Source: a virus. From it: a stretch of 64,000 bases of DNA. The stretch lies in IMG/VR virus record IMGVR_UViG_3300036790_000317, positions 1 through 64,000 of that record; one strand, 5' to 3'. This document shows, piece after piece, positions 45,912-56,425 of this stretch; the stretch's first letter is position 1, and every line of letters begins with the position of its first letter. The position numbers and the translations under genes are program-made. The notes below the pieces were generated by a model. The model did no database searches. It had not been told where the DNA came from and was given only the letters and a program-made list of their open reading frames with translations.

Positions 45912-47171
45912 ATGCCACTCACCGTCCCGACGACGATCTTTCCTTCCGAACGGCGGGCTATCGGCATCGCGAGGGAGGCCACCCCGGGTACCGGCGTCCT
46001 GCCGGTCTACACCGTCCCGGTGCAGGGCTTCATCCCGGAAGACAAGCCGATCTGGCTGCCGGACACCTCAATGCGCGCCGCGATGGCCGAGACCTACGGC
46101 CTCATCCAGGGCCCGTACGTTGCTGATCTTTCCGTTGAGAACAGCCCCGTCTACGGCGACACCATCGGCCACTTCCTGTGGAACACCCTCGGTGACTACA
46201 CCGTTACCGGGACGGCAACCGGGTCCGTCACGACGACAACAGCAACGCTGAACCCGGGTGCTACCCTGCTCCCGGTGCTATCTACGTCCGGGTTCACGTC
46301 CGGCATGTGGGTTCAGATTGACACCAATGGCGTGTCAGGCCCGTACAACGCCGAGATGGTCCAGTTCGGGTCACTCGTTGCCGGCACGGCGACGCTGACC
46401 GCGGCGACCCCGATCCGGCTGGTACATGCGTCTACCGCAACCGTGACCAACACGCACGGCGCGTATACCCACCGGTTCTCCCTGCTTAATGGTACCGCAA
46501 ACGCGCAGCCACCGTCACATACCCTCACCGACAAGACATTCATTAACCAGAGTGTCTTCTCGCGGTTCTACCCGTTTACCTGCATGTCGGATATCACGTT
46601 CACGGGCAACGCCGAGGCACTGTTCCGGTGGACCGGCAAGGGCATGGGGTACGCGGCGACGATCCCGGCCAGCACCCCGTCTGTCAACATCAGCACCGTG
46701 CCGGCCCAGCCGGTCTGGACGTCCGTTGTCGGGCTCGGTGGCACGGCGGGCGGAGCTAGCCAGATCTATCAGATCGGAGAATGGGAGTTTAATCTCGTCC
46801 GGGTCGTAGAGCCGTACTTCACCGCTGACGGCGCGCAGAACCCGTATGTCTTCGGCCGGGGCAAGTTCTCGACCAAGGGCAAGATGAACTTCATGCCGAC
46901 CATCGACGAGACCCCGCTGCTCGACATGCTGAACAACACCCAGCCACAGCTTCAGGTTATCCAGACCAACAACCTGACCGGCAGTCAGCTCGTGTCGGTG
47001 CAGTTTGACCTGCAGGCTTGCGCGTTCGATGCCTCGGTTATCGAGCCTGGCAAGGCGCTATTCGGTTACAACGACACCTTCCAGGCCATCGCGAACACCA
47101 CGAATGTCGGTAACTCGGCTGGCTACTCACCGCTATCTGTCACGGTCATCAATAATCTCCCGAGCTACTGA
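45912..47171 (+). CDS. major tail tube protein
   Basis: IGIAREATPGT N-terminus; precedes chaperone and tape measure. Confidence 0.75.
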   Translation: MPLTVPTTIFPSERRAIGIAREATPGTGVLPVYTVPVQGFIPEDKPIWLPDTSMRAAMAETYGLIQGPYVADLSVENSPVYGDTIGHFLWNTLGDYTVTGTATGSVTTTTATLNPGATLLPVLSTSGFTSGMWVQIDTNGVSGPYNAEMVQFGSLVAGTATLTAATPIRLVHASTATVTNTHGAYTHRFSLLNGTANAQPPSHTLTDKTFINQSVFSRFYPFTCMSDITFTGNAEALFRWTGKGMGYAATIPASTPSVNISTVPAQPVWTSVVGLGGTAGGASQIYQIGEWEFNLVRVVEPYFTADGAQNPYVFGRGKFSTKGKMNFMPTIDETPLLDMLNNTQPQLQVIQTNNLTGSQLVSVQFDLQACAFDASVIEPGKALFGYNDTFQAIANTTNVGNSAGYSPLSVTVINNLPSY

Positions 47172-47327
47172 CGGATAGGTCCGGCGGCTGTAAGCTTCGA
47201 CAGTTTCAAGCTTCAGCGTGTCGTACCTGGTCAAGACTTCTGCGAGGACTTCCCTGGCTGCCCATTCTTTCCCAAAAGCTTTGCTGAGCAGCACGATAAG
47301 TTCCTGGGGGACTTCTTCCGGCGTCAT
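47133..47327 (-). CDS. hypothetical protein
   Basis: GGAGG RBS; downstream of the dehydrogenase. Confidence 0.4.
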   Translation of the reverse strand: MTPEEVPQELIVLLSKAFGKEWAAREVLAEVLTRYDTLKLETVEAYSRRTYPSVAREIIDDRDR

Positions 47328-47345
47328 TCCTGCCTCCGTAAGGCA

Positions 47346-48110
47346 TTACGTCTCGGTAAAAAGCATATTAGCATTCTGGATACAGCGCAGGAATTCTGGC
47401 TCGTAGCCGTTACTGCTGCTGGCCTTGATCAGCGCAGCCAGGTCCTTCGGCAGGCACCGCCCGCCAAATCCCGGCGGGAACCCGGCCATGGCCGTATACG
47501 CGGGGTTGATGCGAGAATCCTGCAGCCAGGCCGAGCGAGTTTCTTCCCATGAAATGCCGTAGCTCTGGCAGACCCTGGCCATCTCGTTGGCGAACGTGAC
47601 CCGCATGGCCCAGTAGATGTTCGCGGTGTACTTCGCCAGCTCAGCTGGCATGGCCCGGCACTGGTAGATGACGCCGGGGTATATCTCGCGCAGTACGTCA
47701 TGAAACCACTGTGTAGCCTGCTGGATCCCGCCCAGAATAAGCCACGGAACGTCTGAGCTGTCCTTCCAGATCCCTCCAGGGCGCTCGTGCATGAACTCCG
47801 GGCAAAAGCATGTCAGCCCGCTCCGGATAGCCTGAAGGCTGTCTGTTGTGCCGGGCGGGACGGTGGATCTGATGAGCATTGGCATTGTGGCTGGCAATCT
47901 CGCTGTGGCTGCGTGGAAATCGGTGGTGTCCGCGGCCCCGTCTGGCCCTTCCGGGGTGCCGGTACAGATGACCGCGAAATCACAGCCGGCAATGTCCTGC
48001 TCCGGGTACGTGTCATTGAACCGCGGATCATAGGTGACGAGGTCATGCTCTTTGAAGAACCTGGCCTGGCCGGTGCCGACGGTGCCCATTCCGATAATTG
48101 CCACCTTCAT
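47346..48110 (-). CDS. UDP-glucose/GDP-mannose dehydrogenase family protein (short form)
   Basis: GMGTVG, CTGTP, RSTVPPGT, CPEF, ELAKY..N, GFGGRCLPKD. Confidence 0.88.
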   Translation of the reverse strand: MKVAIIGMGTVGTGQARFFKEHDLVTYDPRFNDTYPEQDIAGCDFAVICTGTPEGPDGAADTTDFHAATARLPATMPMLIRSTVPPGTTDSLQAIRSGLTCFCPEFMHERPGGIWKDSSDVPWLILGGIQQATQWFHDVLREIYPGVIYQCRAMPAELAKYTANIYWAMRVTFANEMARVCQSYGISWEETRSAWLQDSRINPAYTAMAGFPPGFGGRCLPKDLAALIKASSSNGYEPEFLRCIQNANMLFTET

Positions 48111-48137
48111 GCAGTAACCATAGCCTAGGAGGCACAT

Positions 48138-48512
48138 GTGCGTATTGACTTGCCAGGTGACGGGTGGGCCGAGCTGAGAGAGCCTTCAGATCTCCGTGCC
48201 AAGGACAAGATCGCCGTGCAGCGCGCCGTGGTGTTCAGCCTGCTCGGCAACCAGGAAAACGGCGAGGAAACCCGCATCCCCGTCAGTGCCGGGATGTCTG
48301 ACGACATGTGCATCGCGCTGCTGTGCCGGCTTGTTACGGCATGGTCACTTTCTGAGACGCTCCCGCCAACACCTGAAATCCTCGAAGACCTGCCGGTTAC
48401 TGTTTACAATGCTCTCTGCGAGGGCATCGAGCCGCACCTTGACCTCATCCGCACGGTCCCAAAACGCAAGACGCATACCGGGTCAAGTGGCTCATCGAAG
48501 GCAAGGCGGTAA
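48138..48512 (+). CDS. tail assembly chaperone (G)
   Basis: between tube and tape measure; ends after slippery C-CCA-AAA. Confidence 0.75.
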   Translation: MRIDLPGDGWAELREPSDLRAKDKIAVQRAVVFSLLGNQENGEETRIPVSAGMSDDMCIALLCRLVTAWSLSETLPPTPEILEDLPVTVYNALCEGIEPHLDLIRTVPKRKTHTGSSGSSKARR

Positions 48513-48694
48513 CTGACCTCCCGACCGGCCTTGATGTTCACGACATCATGTACCTGATGCTGTATGAGCGATATCACTGGACAACCGAGGACATTGACAA
48601 CCTGCCCGTGAAGCATTACACGTACATCCCGGTTGTCGCGGCAGCGCAGGCTGAAATCCAGAAGGAGGGGCAGCGGAGAGGTGGACTTCAGTGA
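48458..48694 (+). CDS. -1 frameshift extension of tail assembly chaperone (GT)
   Basis: CCCAAAA at 48458-48464; -1 frame open to TGA 48692-48694 (...LYERYHWTTEDIDNLP...). Confidence 0.75.
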   Translation, partial: PKTQDAYRVKWLIEGKAVTDLPTGLDVHDIMYLMLYERYHWTTEDIDNLPVKHYTYIPVVAAAQAEIQKEGQRRGGLQ

Positions 48695-49169
48695 AGCATC
48701 CAGGGTCTACGCCCGGATCAGCGCCGCGTTCGGCCCCGGTAGTCAGGCAGCATGCAACGCCATGGCAAACGCCTTCCAGAAGGGCGTCAAGCATGAGCTG
48801 TCCCGGTTCCCGCACGGGGCGCATACCCCGACCCCGTCACCTCCCGGAGCGCCTCCGGGGATGATCAGCGGGCGGCTCATGGAATCCGTGACGAAGACGC
48901 CGGCTGTCGGTAGCGGTGGGCGGTACGAGTCCCTGGTCGGCCCGCACACGATTTACGACATGATCCAGGAGTACGGCGGCTGGATGCATGCTGACCGGTT
49001 CCAGTACATGAGCTGGGTTACGGACGGGCGCCGGTACTGGCGGAAGAGCGTCGTGCTGCCGCCTCGCCCGTACATGCGGCCCGTGGCCCGGCGGATGAGC
49101 AGCAACGGGCAGCTTTCCGAGACGGGGCGCGACGCACTAGGAGCCGTTGTTTACCCGGTCGAGATCTGA
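48681..49169 (+). CDS. HK97 gp10-like neck/tail protein
   Basis: SPPGAPP...SGRL..S, QEYGG, LPPRPYMRP. Confidence 0.7.
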   Translation: MDFSEASRVYARISAAFGPGSQAACNAMANAFQKGVKHELSRFPHGAHTPTPSPPGAPPGMISGRLMESVTKTPAVGSGGRYESLVGPHTIYDMIQEYGGWMHADRFQYMSWVTDGRRYWRKSVVLPPRPYMRPVARRMSSNGQLSETGRDALGAVVYPVEI

Positions 49170-49187
49170 GGGTGAGGGGGCAGGAGC

Positions 49188-52100
49188 ATGCCTGATCTTG
49201 ACCCCATCATCCAGGAAATCGTCGTCAATGGCGCACAGGCCATCGGTGAGCTGAAAGATTTTGCTGAGCAGTGCCTTGAAGATGCTGCCGCGGCGAACGC
49301 CCTGAACGAGAAGCTTGCTGCCCTCACCGCCTGGTTCGCGGCAGCAGCCGGCCGGGTCAATGACTTCCGCAATTCGCTTCTCGAGCTTGCGGGGATGCTT
49401 TCGGGCGCAGGAGATGAGGAAGAACGCCTCGCCATCACGGCCGGCGAGGCAGCCACGGCCACGGATGTGCAGGCCAGCCGGGTCAATGATCTCCGGAACA
49501 GCCTGGCAGCGGCTACGGTCGCTGCGGGCATGTTCAGTCATGCTGAAGATAACTTGCGTGGCGCGATGGGCACGAAAACTGCTGCCGTCATCATCCAGGA
49601 CAACCGGGTCAACGACCTGCGGAACTCGTTCATCGGCACCGCGATAGCGGCCGAGTCGCTAGTTGTTGTCGAGAACATGATGTCGGTTGCGAATCTCGTA
49701 AACGCGGCCACGATGAACACAGCCAGCAAATCTGCCCAGAACATGCGCCGCTGGTGGTTCTTGTCGCTTACGGCGTTGCACTGGATCGTCGCCGGCACCG
49801 CGGAACTGGCTGCGGTGCTGATCCCGGCCACGGTCGCGGCGGCGGCCTGGGCATTCGTATGGCTTCAGGGTGCAACCAACGTTCAGCAGCACATGACGGC
49901 GCTGTTCGATGCGACCGAGGCGATGGGGCAGGCTGCCGGGCAGACGACTGGTGAGATGCTCGGCCTCAGTGGCGCGTTCCAGCGTGCGCAGAACGCCGCC
50001 AACGTCCAGGTCTACCAGGCGTGGGGCTCAGCCGTTGACATCCTCCGTGAGTCGTTCGGCGGGCTGGCCACGACCGGCCTGGAAGTCGGCACCATCTTCG
50101 ATGCGTTCATGGGCAAGCTGGCGTTTGATTTCAGCAGTGCCGGAGACGCCAGCGACGTTCTAAACAACGTTCTGGCTAAGATGATCCCGGATCTTATCGA
50201 GGTCGGGCAGTTTTTCGGCAACCTGGGGCACGCCCTTGCCCTTGTTGGTGAGCAGATGCCGGGGCTTGCCGAGGTGATGCTCGGAGGACTGGCCGTCATC
50301 ACGCACCTTATCGTCGCGGTGCTGAATTTTACTAACGTCCTCGGGCACATGGGCATCCCGATCCTCACTGCAGTCATCGCGCTTGAGGAATTTCAGCGCT
50401 GGGGCGGGCTATTCACTACGATGATGATCAAAATGGGCGTCAGCGTAGAGGCTGCAACTGGTAAGTGGTTCGGCTGGACCAGGACCGGGACGACGGCTCT
50501 CGCTATTATCAGGATTCTCGGTGCCGGGATCGTCACCTTGGTCAGCGGGATCGGCGTTGCCATCAGGGCAATTCCGATTTTTGCGGCCGAAACGTCCGTG
50601 GCTGGGAACGCCATGATTGGTTTTGCGGCGAAGATCCAGCTTGCCCTGGATGCGATGACACCATTCCAGGCCGTGCTCATCCTTGCCGCGGCAGTGCTTG
50701 CCGGGTACTTTATTTATAAGATGATCACGGCAACTACCGCTGCCCAGAAGTTTACCGACGCCCTTCAGAAAAGCGTAGAAGTTGCCAAGGGCTGGCAGGT
50801 GTTCACAGTTATCGGCAATAATATTGGCGAACTGAGCCGCAAGATCCAGCAGGCCAATGACCAGATAGCCCAGCAGACGGCGCAGCTTAATCATCTGAAG
50901 AGCAGCACGAATAACGCCGCAGAAGGCTCGCATGCGTACACCGGCATCCTCGCAAACCAGGAAAATGCTCTTAACACCTCGAAAGCTGCCGTTGCCACGT
51001 ACGCCGCCGAGATCGTCAAGGAAACGCAGCAAAGCGAGACCGCGAACAAGAACGCCCAGATGCTGGCGAAGACCTTCGGTATCTCGGTACCAGGTGCGGT
51101 CGCGCTTGCTGCTGAGGCGAACGTCAGCCTGACGGGCGTCCTCAAGAATCAGAAGGGTCAGTGGACGGCGCTCGGCCAGCAGATTCTCGGTACCGAGCGT
51201 GGCTTCCAGAACATGGGGGCGACCGCGAACATGGTCGGCTCCTACATGCAGGACATCGCGGTTTCCGAGGGCCTTGCAGGCACCAAGATGCAGACCGTCA
51301 ACCAGGCCATCGACCAGTTCGTGCAGAACCTCACCGGCGGCACGTCGGGCATGAGCCAGTTCGAGGAAAGCCTGCAGAATATCGGCACGATCGCCGCGGA
51401 TACCGCGAATCACCTCGGTTCGACCAACGGGCAGATGACGCTGACGACGAGCCAGTTTGCCCATGCCATGAAAACAGACGTGGGCATCGGTGCTCAGGCA
51501 TGGTCCAACTTCGATCAGCTTGTCGGCAGTACCGTGCCACAGCTCACGGACTGGCTGCGTACCGCGGGGACAGAGGGAGCCCTCAGCTTCGGGCAAGTCA
51601 AGACCGGTATCCTCAGCGCGATCTCGCAGCTTCTTCCGTATGCCAAGGACAGCAAGACGGCGCAGGCGACGATCCTCGGCCTTGCCCAGGCAAACGGAAT
51701 CCAGGCTAGTACGTACCCTGAGCTAGTCAAACAGATCAAGGATGCCCACGATAATCAGGGCAAGCTGAACCAGATCGTGGACCAGGGCACGACCGCGATG
51801 GCAAACCTCAGCAAGATCGCGCAGAACATGGGTGACGTGCTCAGCGGGCAGGTCACGTCGGCGCTGTCGCAGGCGGCGCTCAAGGCCTCCGGCTTCTACA
51901 CCGCCGAGACGCATCTTGCTGATGCCCTCAATCACGGCTCGTCAGAGGGCAAGAATGCCGCGTACTGGGCTAGGGTCGTTGCGGGTGACGTCAATAAGGC
52001 GGGACAGCAGGCCCAGACCGCGGCGAATAAGGTGGGCATCCTGGCGACCAACCTCAGCCGGCTGCACAGCAAGACGATTGACGTGACAACGGTCATCCAG

Positions 52101-52427
52101 ACCATCGGTGGCGTCGGGACGGCTCAGACACAGGGTGAGAGTGGTCATAAGGTCCAGGCAGATGCCGGGGCGCTGCTGCCGCCGGGAATGACCGTGGTGC
52201 ACAACCAGACCAGCGGGTATGAAGCTATTCTCACACCAGGGCAGCTGGGCGGGCTGATGAACCAGGTGGCGGGTGGCAGTGGCGGTGGCACGACGGTTCA
52301 CGTGCACGTGGGCGGCTCTACGTTCGGCACCATGCAGGATATTACCAGAGCGGTGCAGACCGGCCTGAACCAGAAGACCCTGCGCAACGGCAGCACCCAG
52401 GCGTTCATCTCGGGACGGAAGCACTGA
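49188..52427 (+). CDS. tape measure protein
   Basis: 1079 aa, Ala-rich helical, hydrophobic central region, follows chaperone. Confidence 0.85.
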   Translation: MPDLDPIIQEIVVNGAQAIGELKDFAEQCLEDAAAANALNEKLAALTAWFAAAAGRVNDFRNSLLELAGMLSGAGDEEERLAITAGEAATATDVQASRVNDLRNSLAAATVAAGMFSHAEDNLRGAMGTKTAAVIIQDNRVNDLRNSFIGTAIAAESLVVVENMMSVANLVNAATMNTASKSAQNMRRWWFLSLTALHWIVAGTAELAAVLIPATVAAAAWAFVWLQGATNVQQHMTALFDATEAMGQAAGQTTGEMLGLSGAFQRAQNAANVQVYQAWGSAVDILRESFGGLATTGLEVGTIFDAFMGKLAFDFSSAGDASDVLNNVLAKMIPDLIEVGQFFGNLGHALALVGEQMPGLAEVMLGGLAVITHLIVAVLNFTNVLGHMGIPILTAVIALEEFQRWGGLFTTMMIKMGVSVEAATGKWFGWTRTGTTALAIIRILGAGIVTLVSGIGVAIRAIPIFAAETSVAGNAMIGFAAKIQLALDAMTPFQAVLILAAAVLAGYFIYKMITATTAAQKFTDALQKSVEVAKGWQVFTVIGNNIGELSRKIQQANDQIAQQTAQLNHLKSSTNNAAEGSHAYTGILANQENALNTSKAAVATYAAEIVKETQQSETANKNAQMLAKTFGISVPGAVALAAEANVSLTGVLKNQKGQWTALGQQILGTERGFQNMGATANMVGSYMQDIAVSEGLAGTKMQTVNQAIDQFVQNLTGGTSGMSQFEESLQNIGTIAADTANHLGSTNGQMTLTTSQFAHAMKTDVGIGAQAWSNFDQLVGSTVPQLTDWLRTAGTEGALSFGQVKTGILSAISQLLPYAKDSKTAQATILGLAQANGIQASTYPELVKQIKDAHDNQGKLNQIVDQGTTAMANLSKIAQNMGDVLSGQVTSALSQAALKASGFYTAETHLADALNHGSSEGKNAAYWARVVAGDVNKAGQQAQTAANKVGILATNLSRLHSKTIDVTTVIQTIGGVGTAQTQGESGHKVQADAGALLPPGMTVVHNQTSGYEAILTPGQLGGLMNQVAGGSGGGTTVHVHVGGSTFGTMQDITRAVQTGLNQKTLRNGSTQAFISGRKH

Positions 52428-55400
52428 TGGCCTACGCGCTTAACAACTTTGAGGAAGGAACGTCAGGAACGACTCTGACAACGGGGAACACTGACGGGGT
52501 ATCGTCTCAAGGGTTTGATACGATCTTCATCGGCACTGGTGCCACCCTTGCATTCGACAGCACGCATGCGGCACATGGCGGCCTGTCCATGAAGGTGGCC
52601 ATCGGCTCGACGGCCACCGAGGCAGAAGCTGAGTGGTCGACGACCATCGGCACCCAGACGACGGTCTATTTCAGGTGCTACCTGTACCTGACCAGTAACC
52701 CGTCCGGGGTTATCCGGTTCTTTTCCGCGTATTCGTCTGCTACCTTTGCCGGGTTCGTCGGCATTAGTACCAGCGGGCACGTTATTCTCGGTGACAGCAC
52801 CTTTGCTATCAAGCTGACCTTTACAGGCACCGTGCCATTGAACCAGTGGTTTCGTATTGAAGGCTTTATTACCGGGAATGCATCTACGGGGTCTGTTACT
52901 GCAAGCCAGTACAATCTTATGGACAGTACGACCGCTGATGAAACGAAGACCGTTGCTGGCCTTAACACGATAGGATCACTTACTACCTATATCTTCGGCC
53001 AGAACAACAACGTAGCTACCGTTGGCCCGTTCTGGATGGATGACATCGGTGTTTCATCATCGGGGCTCATCGGGCCTGCCACGGCCAGCATCGTCAATGC
53101 CTGGAGCGCGGTTTACACGGAGCTTTCCTGGCAGCTGATCGTTGACGACACCACTGCCGGCGAGGTCGTGCAGCCTGACCCGCAGACGCTCTCTCTTGAG
53201 ATACCGGTATCGAATGCCGCGGGTGACTGGATGGTCTGCTGCATGACCTGGCAGACACTAACTGCTGTCGGGTTCCCGGTCGCGCCGACCATGTCGGTCG
53301 CAGATGACGTGCATAACTGGTGGGAGCCCGTTGCGCAGAACATCACGAGCAGCGCAGATGGCTATACACGGTCATCCATCTGGGTGGCGCCTGCGGCTAA
53401 GGCCGCCAGCACGGTCTATATTGCCCCGTCCGGGTATACCATCGGGCTTGCTGCTACCGTCTATGACGTGACCGGAATCTTGCCGTGGTTTACAGCCTCT
53501 GCATTCACGAACGGCTTTGCCAACATCGCGACAAACCTGAGCATGACCGTGGCATCACCTTCATCGAGCGCCATTATCTTCACGGTAGCCGGTGCTGATG
53601 ATTTCTCTCAGACATACGCTCTTGCTGCCGGAGATGGCTGGTCAGGCGTTACCGTAGAAGATGGCAGTAACGGTGAGAATGCAAATATCGTCTGTATCTC
53701 GGCTTACCAGGTTACGGGAGGCTCAGGTTCCGTAACGGCGGTATGGTCATCCAGCGGGACCGTGAACTTTTCTGGTGCTACCGCGGGCTTTCTCATCCAG
53801 GCTCCGGCACTGACGGCTTACAGTCCCATGTGGCCGGTTATCGTCTACGAGTGTGCGCCGGGATTCGGTTTTCAGTCCACTCCGGATGACATTGCCTGGA
53901 CGGCACTGACCGCGCAGGCACTGAAGCTGGATATCACCCAAGGCCGGCAGTACGAGGTAGCCCAACTTTCCGCCGGCGAAGGAACGCTGCTGCTGGACAA
54001 CCCGCTCGGCATGCTCATCCCGCCGGGATCTGGCAGCTTTGCCGGCCTGGACTCAGGAACGCCCGTCCGGGTCAGGACGGCGTGGCAGGGCGGGGCCTGG
54101 CAGGTGCAGTGGTACGGGAACGGGACGACGAGCCAGCCGAAGGCTGAATCCTTTTCCACGGTTCCGGTTATCATCGGGCAATCCTACTGTGTCAGCGCGT
54201 GGATAGGATCTTCCGTAACGTGGTCGGGCGGGATGAATATCTCGATTGCCTGGAAAACATCAGGCGGGTCATTCATTTCAAGCTCTCCGTCGACCGCGGT
54301 AACCGGGCCGGCCCCGCAGCTTGTCACGGCCACCGGAACGGCGCCACCCACCGCCGCGAAAGCTGACCTGATTCTCGTAGCTCAAGGCACCCCGCCTGCT
54401 TCCACGGCATTCTATGGCGCTGCTGCCTTTCCCGGGGCAGCAGCAGGCAGCACCTACATGACCATCGCGCCGGCAACGGTATGGACCGCAGAAAACAACG
54501 CCACGGTCTCGGTGCTGGCGCCGTGGTCACCAGACCCGCGAGGCGAGCCGAATATCACGCCATGGTACGTGCCTTACTCGGGATTCATCGAGCGGCTGCC
54601 TCAGCAGTGGGATGAAAACCTGCGTGGCAAGACGGACGCGGCCATCACCGACGCCTGGTTCGGCTGCAACTTCGTGCCGAACCCGATCATGTTCGATGAA
54701 ATCCTGAATGATTTCCCGTATGCATACTGGCCGTGCGTTGACGCTGCTGGTGCTGGCCAGGCGTCGAACTTTGCTCTGGGCAACACCAACCCGCTGATTG
54801 AGGTCACGTCTAAATACGGGGTTGGTACCGCGGTTGCTGATTTCGGGCAGAACGCTCAGGCACTGCTCGGTGCCCAGGTAACAACGATCGTGTCTACCGA
54901 CCTGCGCGTGACATCTGGTGGCGGGATGTGGGGGCAGTCGGGCCTGGGAACCGGCAGCTATTCAGCCAGCAGTCTCGGTCTTCAAGGCTACAGTCTTCAG
55001 TGCATCGACTCGAACTTCCCCCAGATCGGCGCTGATGGCGTTACGATCGAGATGTGGTTTCAGTTCACGAGCCTGTCGGTTTACGGAGGAATCCCGCCGA
55101 CGGATAATTTCTACCAAGGGACGCTGTGGACCCTCGCTGACAGCAACTTCGGGTTCCTGAATCTCAGCATCGAGGCGATAGGCACCAACAACCCGACGGG
55201 AACTTGCCAGCTCGTTACCAGTTTCGTCGGCACCAGTGATTCCACGAATATCGGCACGGATGTCGGGAACTTCATCCCGGGCCAGATTTACCAGACCGTC
55301 ATGTCCTTCACCCAGACAGAATTCAGCCTGTACGTCAACGGCGGCGCCCAGTACAGTGCGCAAAATCTAAGTTTTGGTGCGGGTGGGCTGAAAAGCTCGT

Positions 55401-56422
55401 CGTTCACGACCATTGTTGCCGCAGGCGGGTCAAACCTCAACTTCGCTTCGGGAACTGTCGGCTGGATCGTGCCTCCGCCACAGGGAAGCTGGAACGGCTT
55501 CGCCGGGCATATTGCCATCTACCCGTACCTGTTGTCCGAGAACCGGATTCTGACGCATTATCTGTCCGGCATCCAGGCCATGCAGCAGGAATCAGCGTCA
55601 AACCGGTTCGAGCGGCTGCTCCAGATCGGGCTGGCGCCGGGCCGCCGGGTTATCATGCAGGAACCTGAGCCAGATACGAATGCAGTCGTGTCTTGCCAGG
55701 ATGTATCTGGCCAGCCGATGTCCGCGGCTATCGATAACATTGCTGGAGACCTGCTGCCTGGCATGTTCCTCATTGCGCCGACCGGGGACCTGTATTATCT
55801 GAGCAAGCTGTATTCCTGGAATCAAGGTATCAAGTGGGTGCTGGGCGAGGACGTGTTCTCGGGTGAGTATTCCTACCTTAATGATATTACTTTTGATTAT
55901 GACGTCAGCCGGGTAATCAACGAAATCCAGCTTACCCAGCTCGACAACCAGGATGTTATTGTCCCGACCGTCACGGCTATCGAAACAGCATCTCAGAACC
56001 AGTACGGGACTATCTCGGATCTTGCCACCGGATACCTGTACGGTGACAACACCGTGCCGTATACCTACGGTCCCGGCTTGCAGGACACCGCGAACTGGCT
56101 GGCGTGCGCCTACCGGGCACCGCAGCTCCGGCTGACGACCATCAAGATCAACGCCGCGAGCAACCCGGGGCTGTGGGAATTCGTCCTCGGCGCGGCAGTT
56201 GGTGACACGGTCACGGTCAACCGCCGCAGCCTCGGGCAGGCGAGTATCGTCATCCAGGTGACGGGCCGGATTACCCAGACGACCCGGACGTTTGAATACT
56301 CCATCAAGGGTGCCGAGGCAAGCATCGAGTGCGTCATTGACCCCATGCCGGAAGAGAATGCCCTGACGTGTGATGACCCCGTCCGAGGGCTGCTCAACGG
56401 TACCGATATCTTCGGGTGGTGA
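52427..56422 (+). CDS. large minor tail protein (LamG/carbohydrate-binding-like modules)
   Basis: 1331 aa; GRQYE...LDN hub-like motif; PYAYWP...TIEMWF. Confidence 0.75.
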   Translation: MAYALNNFEEGTSGTTLTTGNTDGVSSQGFDTIFIGTGATLAFDSTHAAHGGLSMKVAIGSTATEAEAEWSTTIGTQTTVYFRCYLYLTSNPSGVIRFFSAYSSATFAGFVGISTSGHVILGDSTFAIKLTFTGTVPLNQWFRIEGFITGNASTGSVTASQYNLMDSTTADETKTVAGLNTIGSLTTYIFGQNNNVATVGPFWMDDIGVSSSGLIGPATASIVNAWSAVYTELSWQLIVDDTTAGEVVQPDPQTLSLEIPVSNAAGDWMVCCMTWQTLTAVGFPVAPTMSVADDVHNWWEPVAQNITSSADGYTRSSIWVAPAAKAASTVYIAPSGYTIGLAATVYDVTGILPWFTASAFTNGFANIATNLSMTVASPSSSAIIFTVAGADDFSQTYALAAGDGWSGVTVEDGSNGENANIVCISAYQVTGGSGSVTAVWSSSGTVNFSGATAGFLIQAPALTAYSPMWPVIVYECAPGFGFQSTPDDIAWTALTAQALKLDITQGRQYEVAQLSAGEGTLLLDNPLGMLIPPGSGSFAGLDSGTPVRVRTAWQGGAWQVQWYGNGTTSQPKAESFSTVPVIIGQSYCVSAWIGSSVTWSGGMNISIAWKTSGGSFISSSPSTAVTGPAPQLVTATGTAPPTAAKADLILVAQGTPPASTAFYGAAAFPGAAAGSTYMTIAPATVWTAENNATVSVLAPWSPDPRGEPNITPWYVPYSGFIERLPQQWDENLRGKTDAAITDAWFGCNFVPNPIMFDEILNDFPYAYWPCVDAAGAGQASNFALGNTNPLIEVTSKYGVGTAVADFGQNAQALLGAQVTTIVSTDLRVTSGGGMWGQSGLGTGSYSASSLGLQGYSLQCIDSNFPQIGADGVTIEMWFQFTSLSVYGGIPPTDNFYQGTLWTLADSNFGFLNLSIEAIGTNNPTGTCQLVTSFVGTSDSTNIGTDVGNFIPGQIYQTVMSFTQTEFSLYVNGGAQYSAQNLSFGAGGLKSSSFTTIVAAGGSNLNFASGTVGWIVPPPQGSWNGFAGHIAIYPYLLSENRILTHYLSGIQAMQQESASNRFERLLQIGLAPGRRVIMQEPEPDTNAVVSCQDVSGQPMSAAIDNIAGDLLPGMFLIAPTGDLYYLSKLYSWNQGIKWVLGEDVFSGEYSYLNDITFDYDVSRVINEIQLTQLDNQDVIVPTVTAIETASQNQYGTISDLATGYLYGDNTVPYTYGPGLQDTANWLACAYRAPQLRLTTIKINAASNPGLWEFVLGAAVGDTVTVNRRSLGQASIVIQVTGRITQTTRTFEYSIKGAEASIECVIDPMPEENALTCDDPVRGLLNGTDIFGW

Positions 56423-56425
56423 GAC

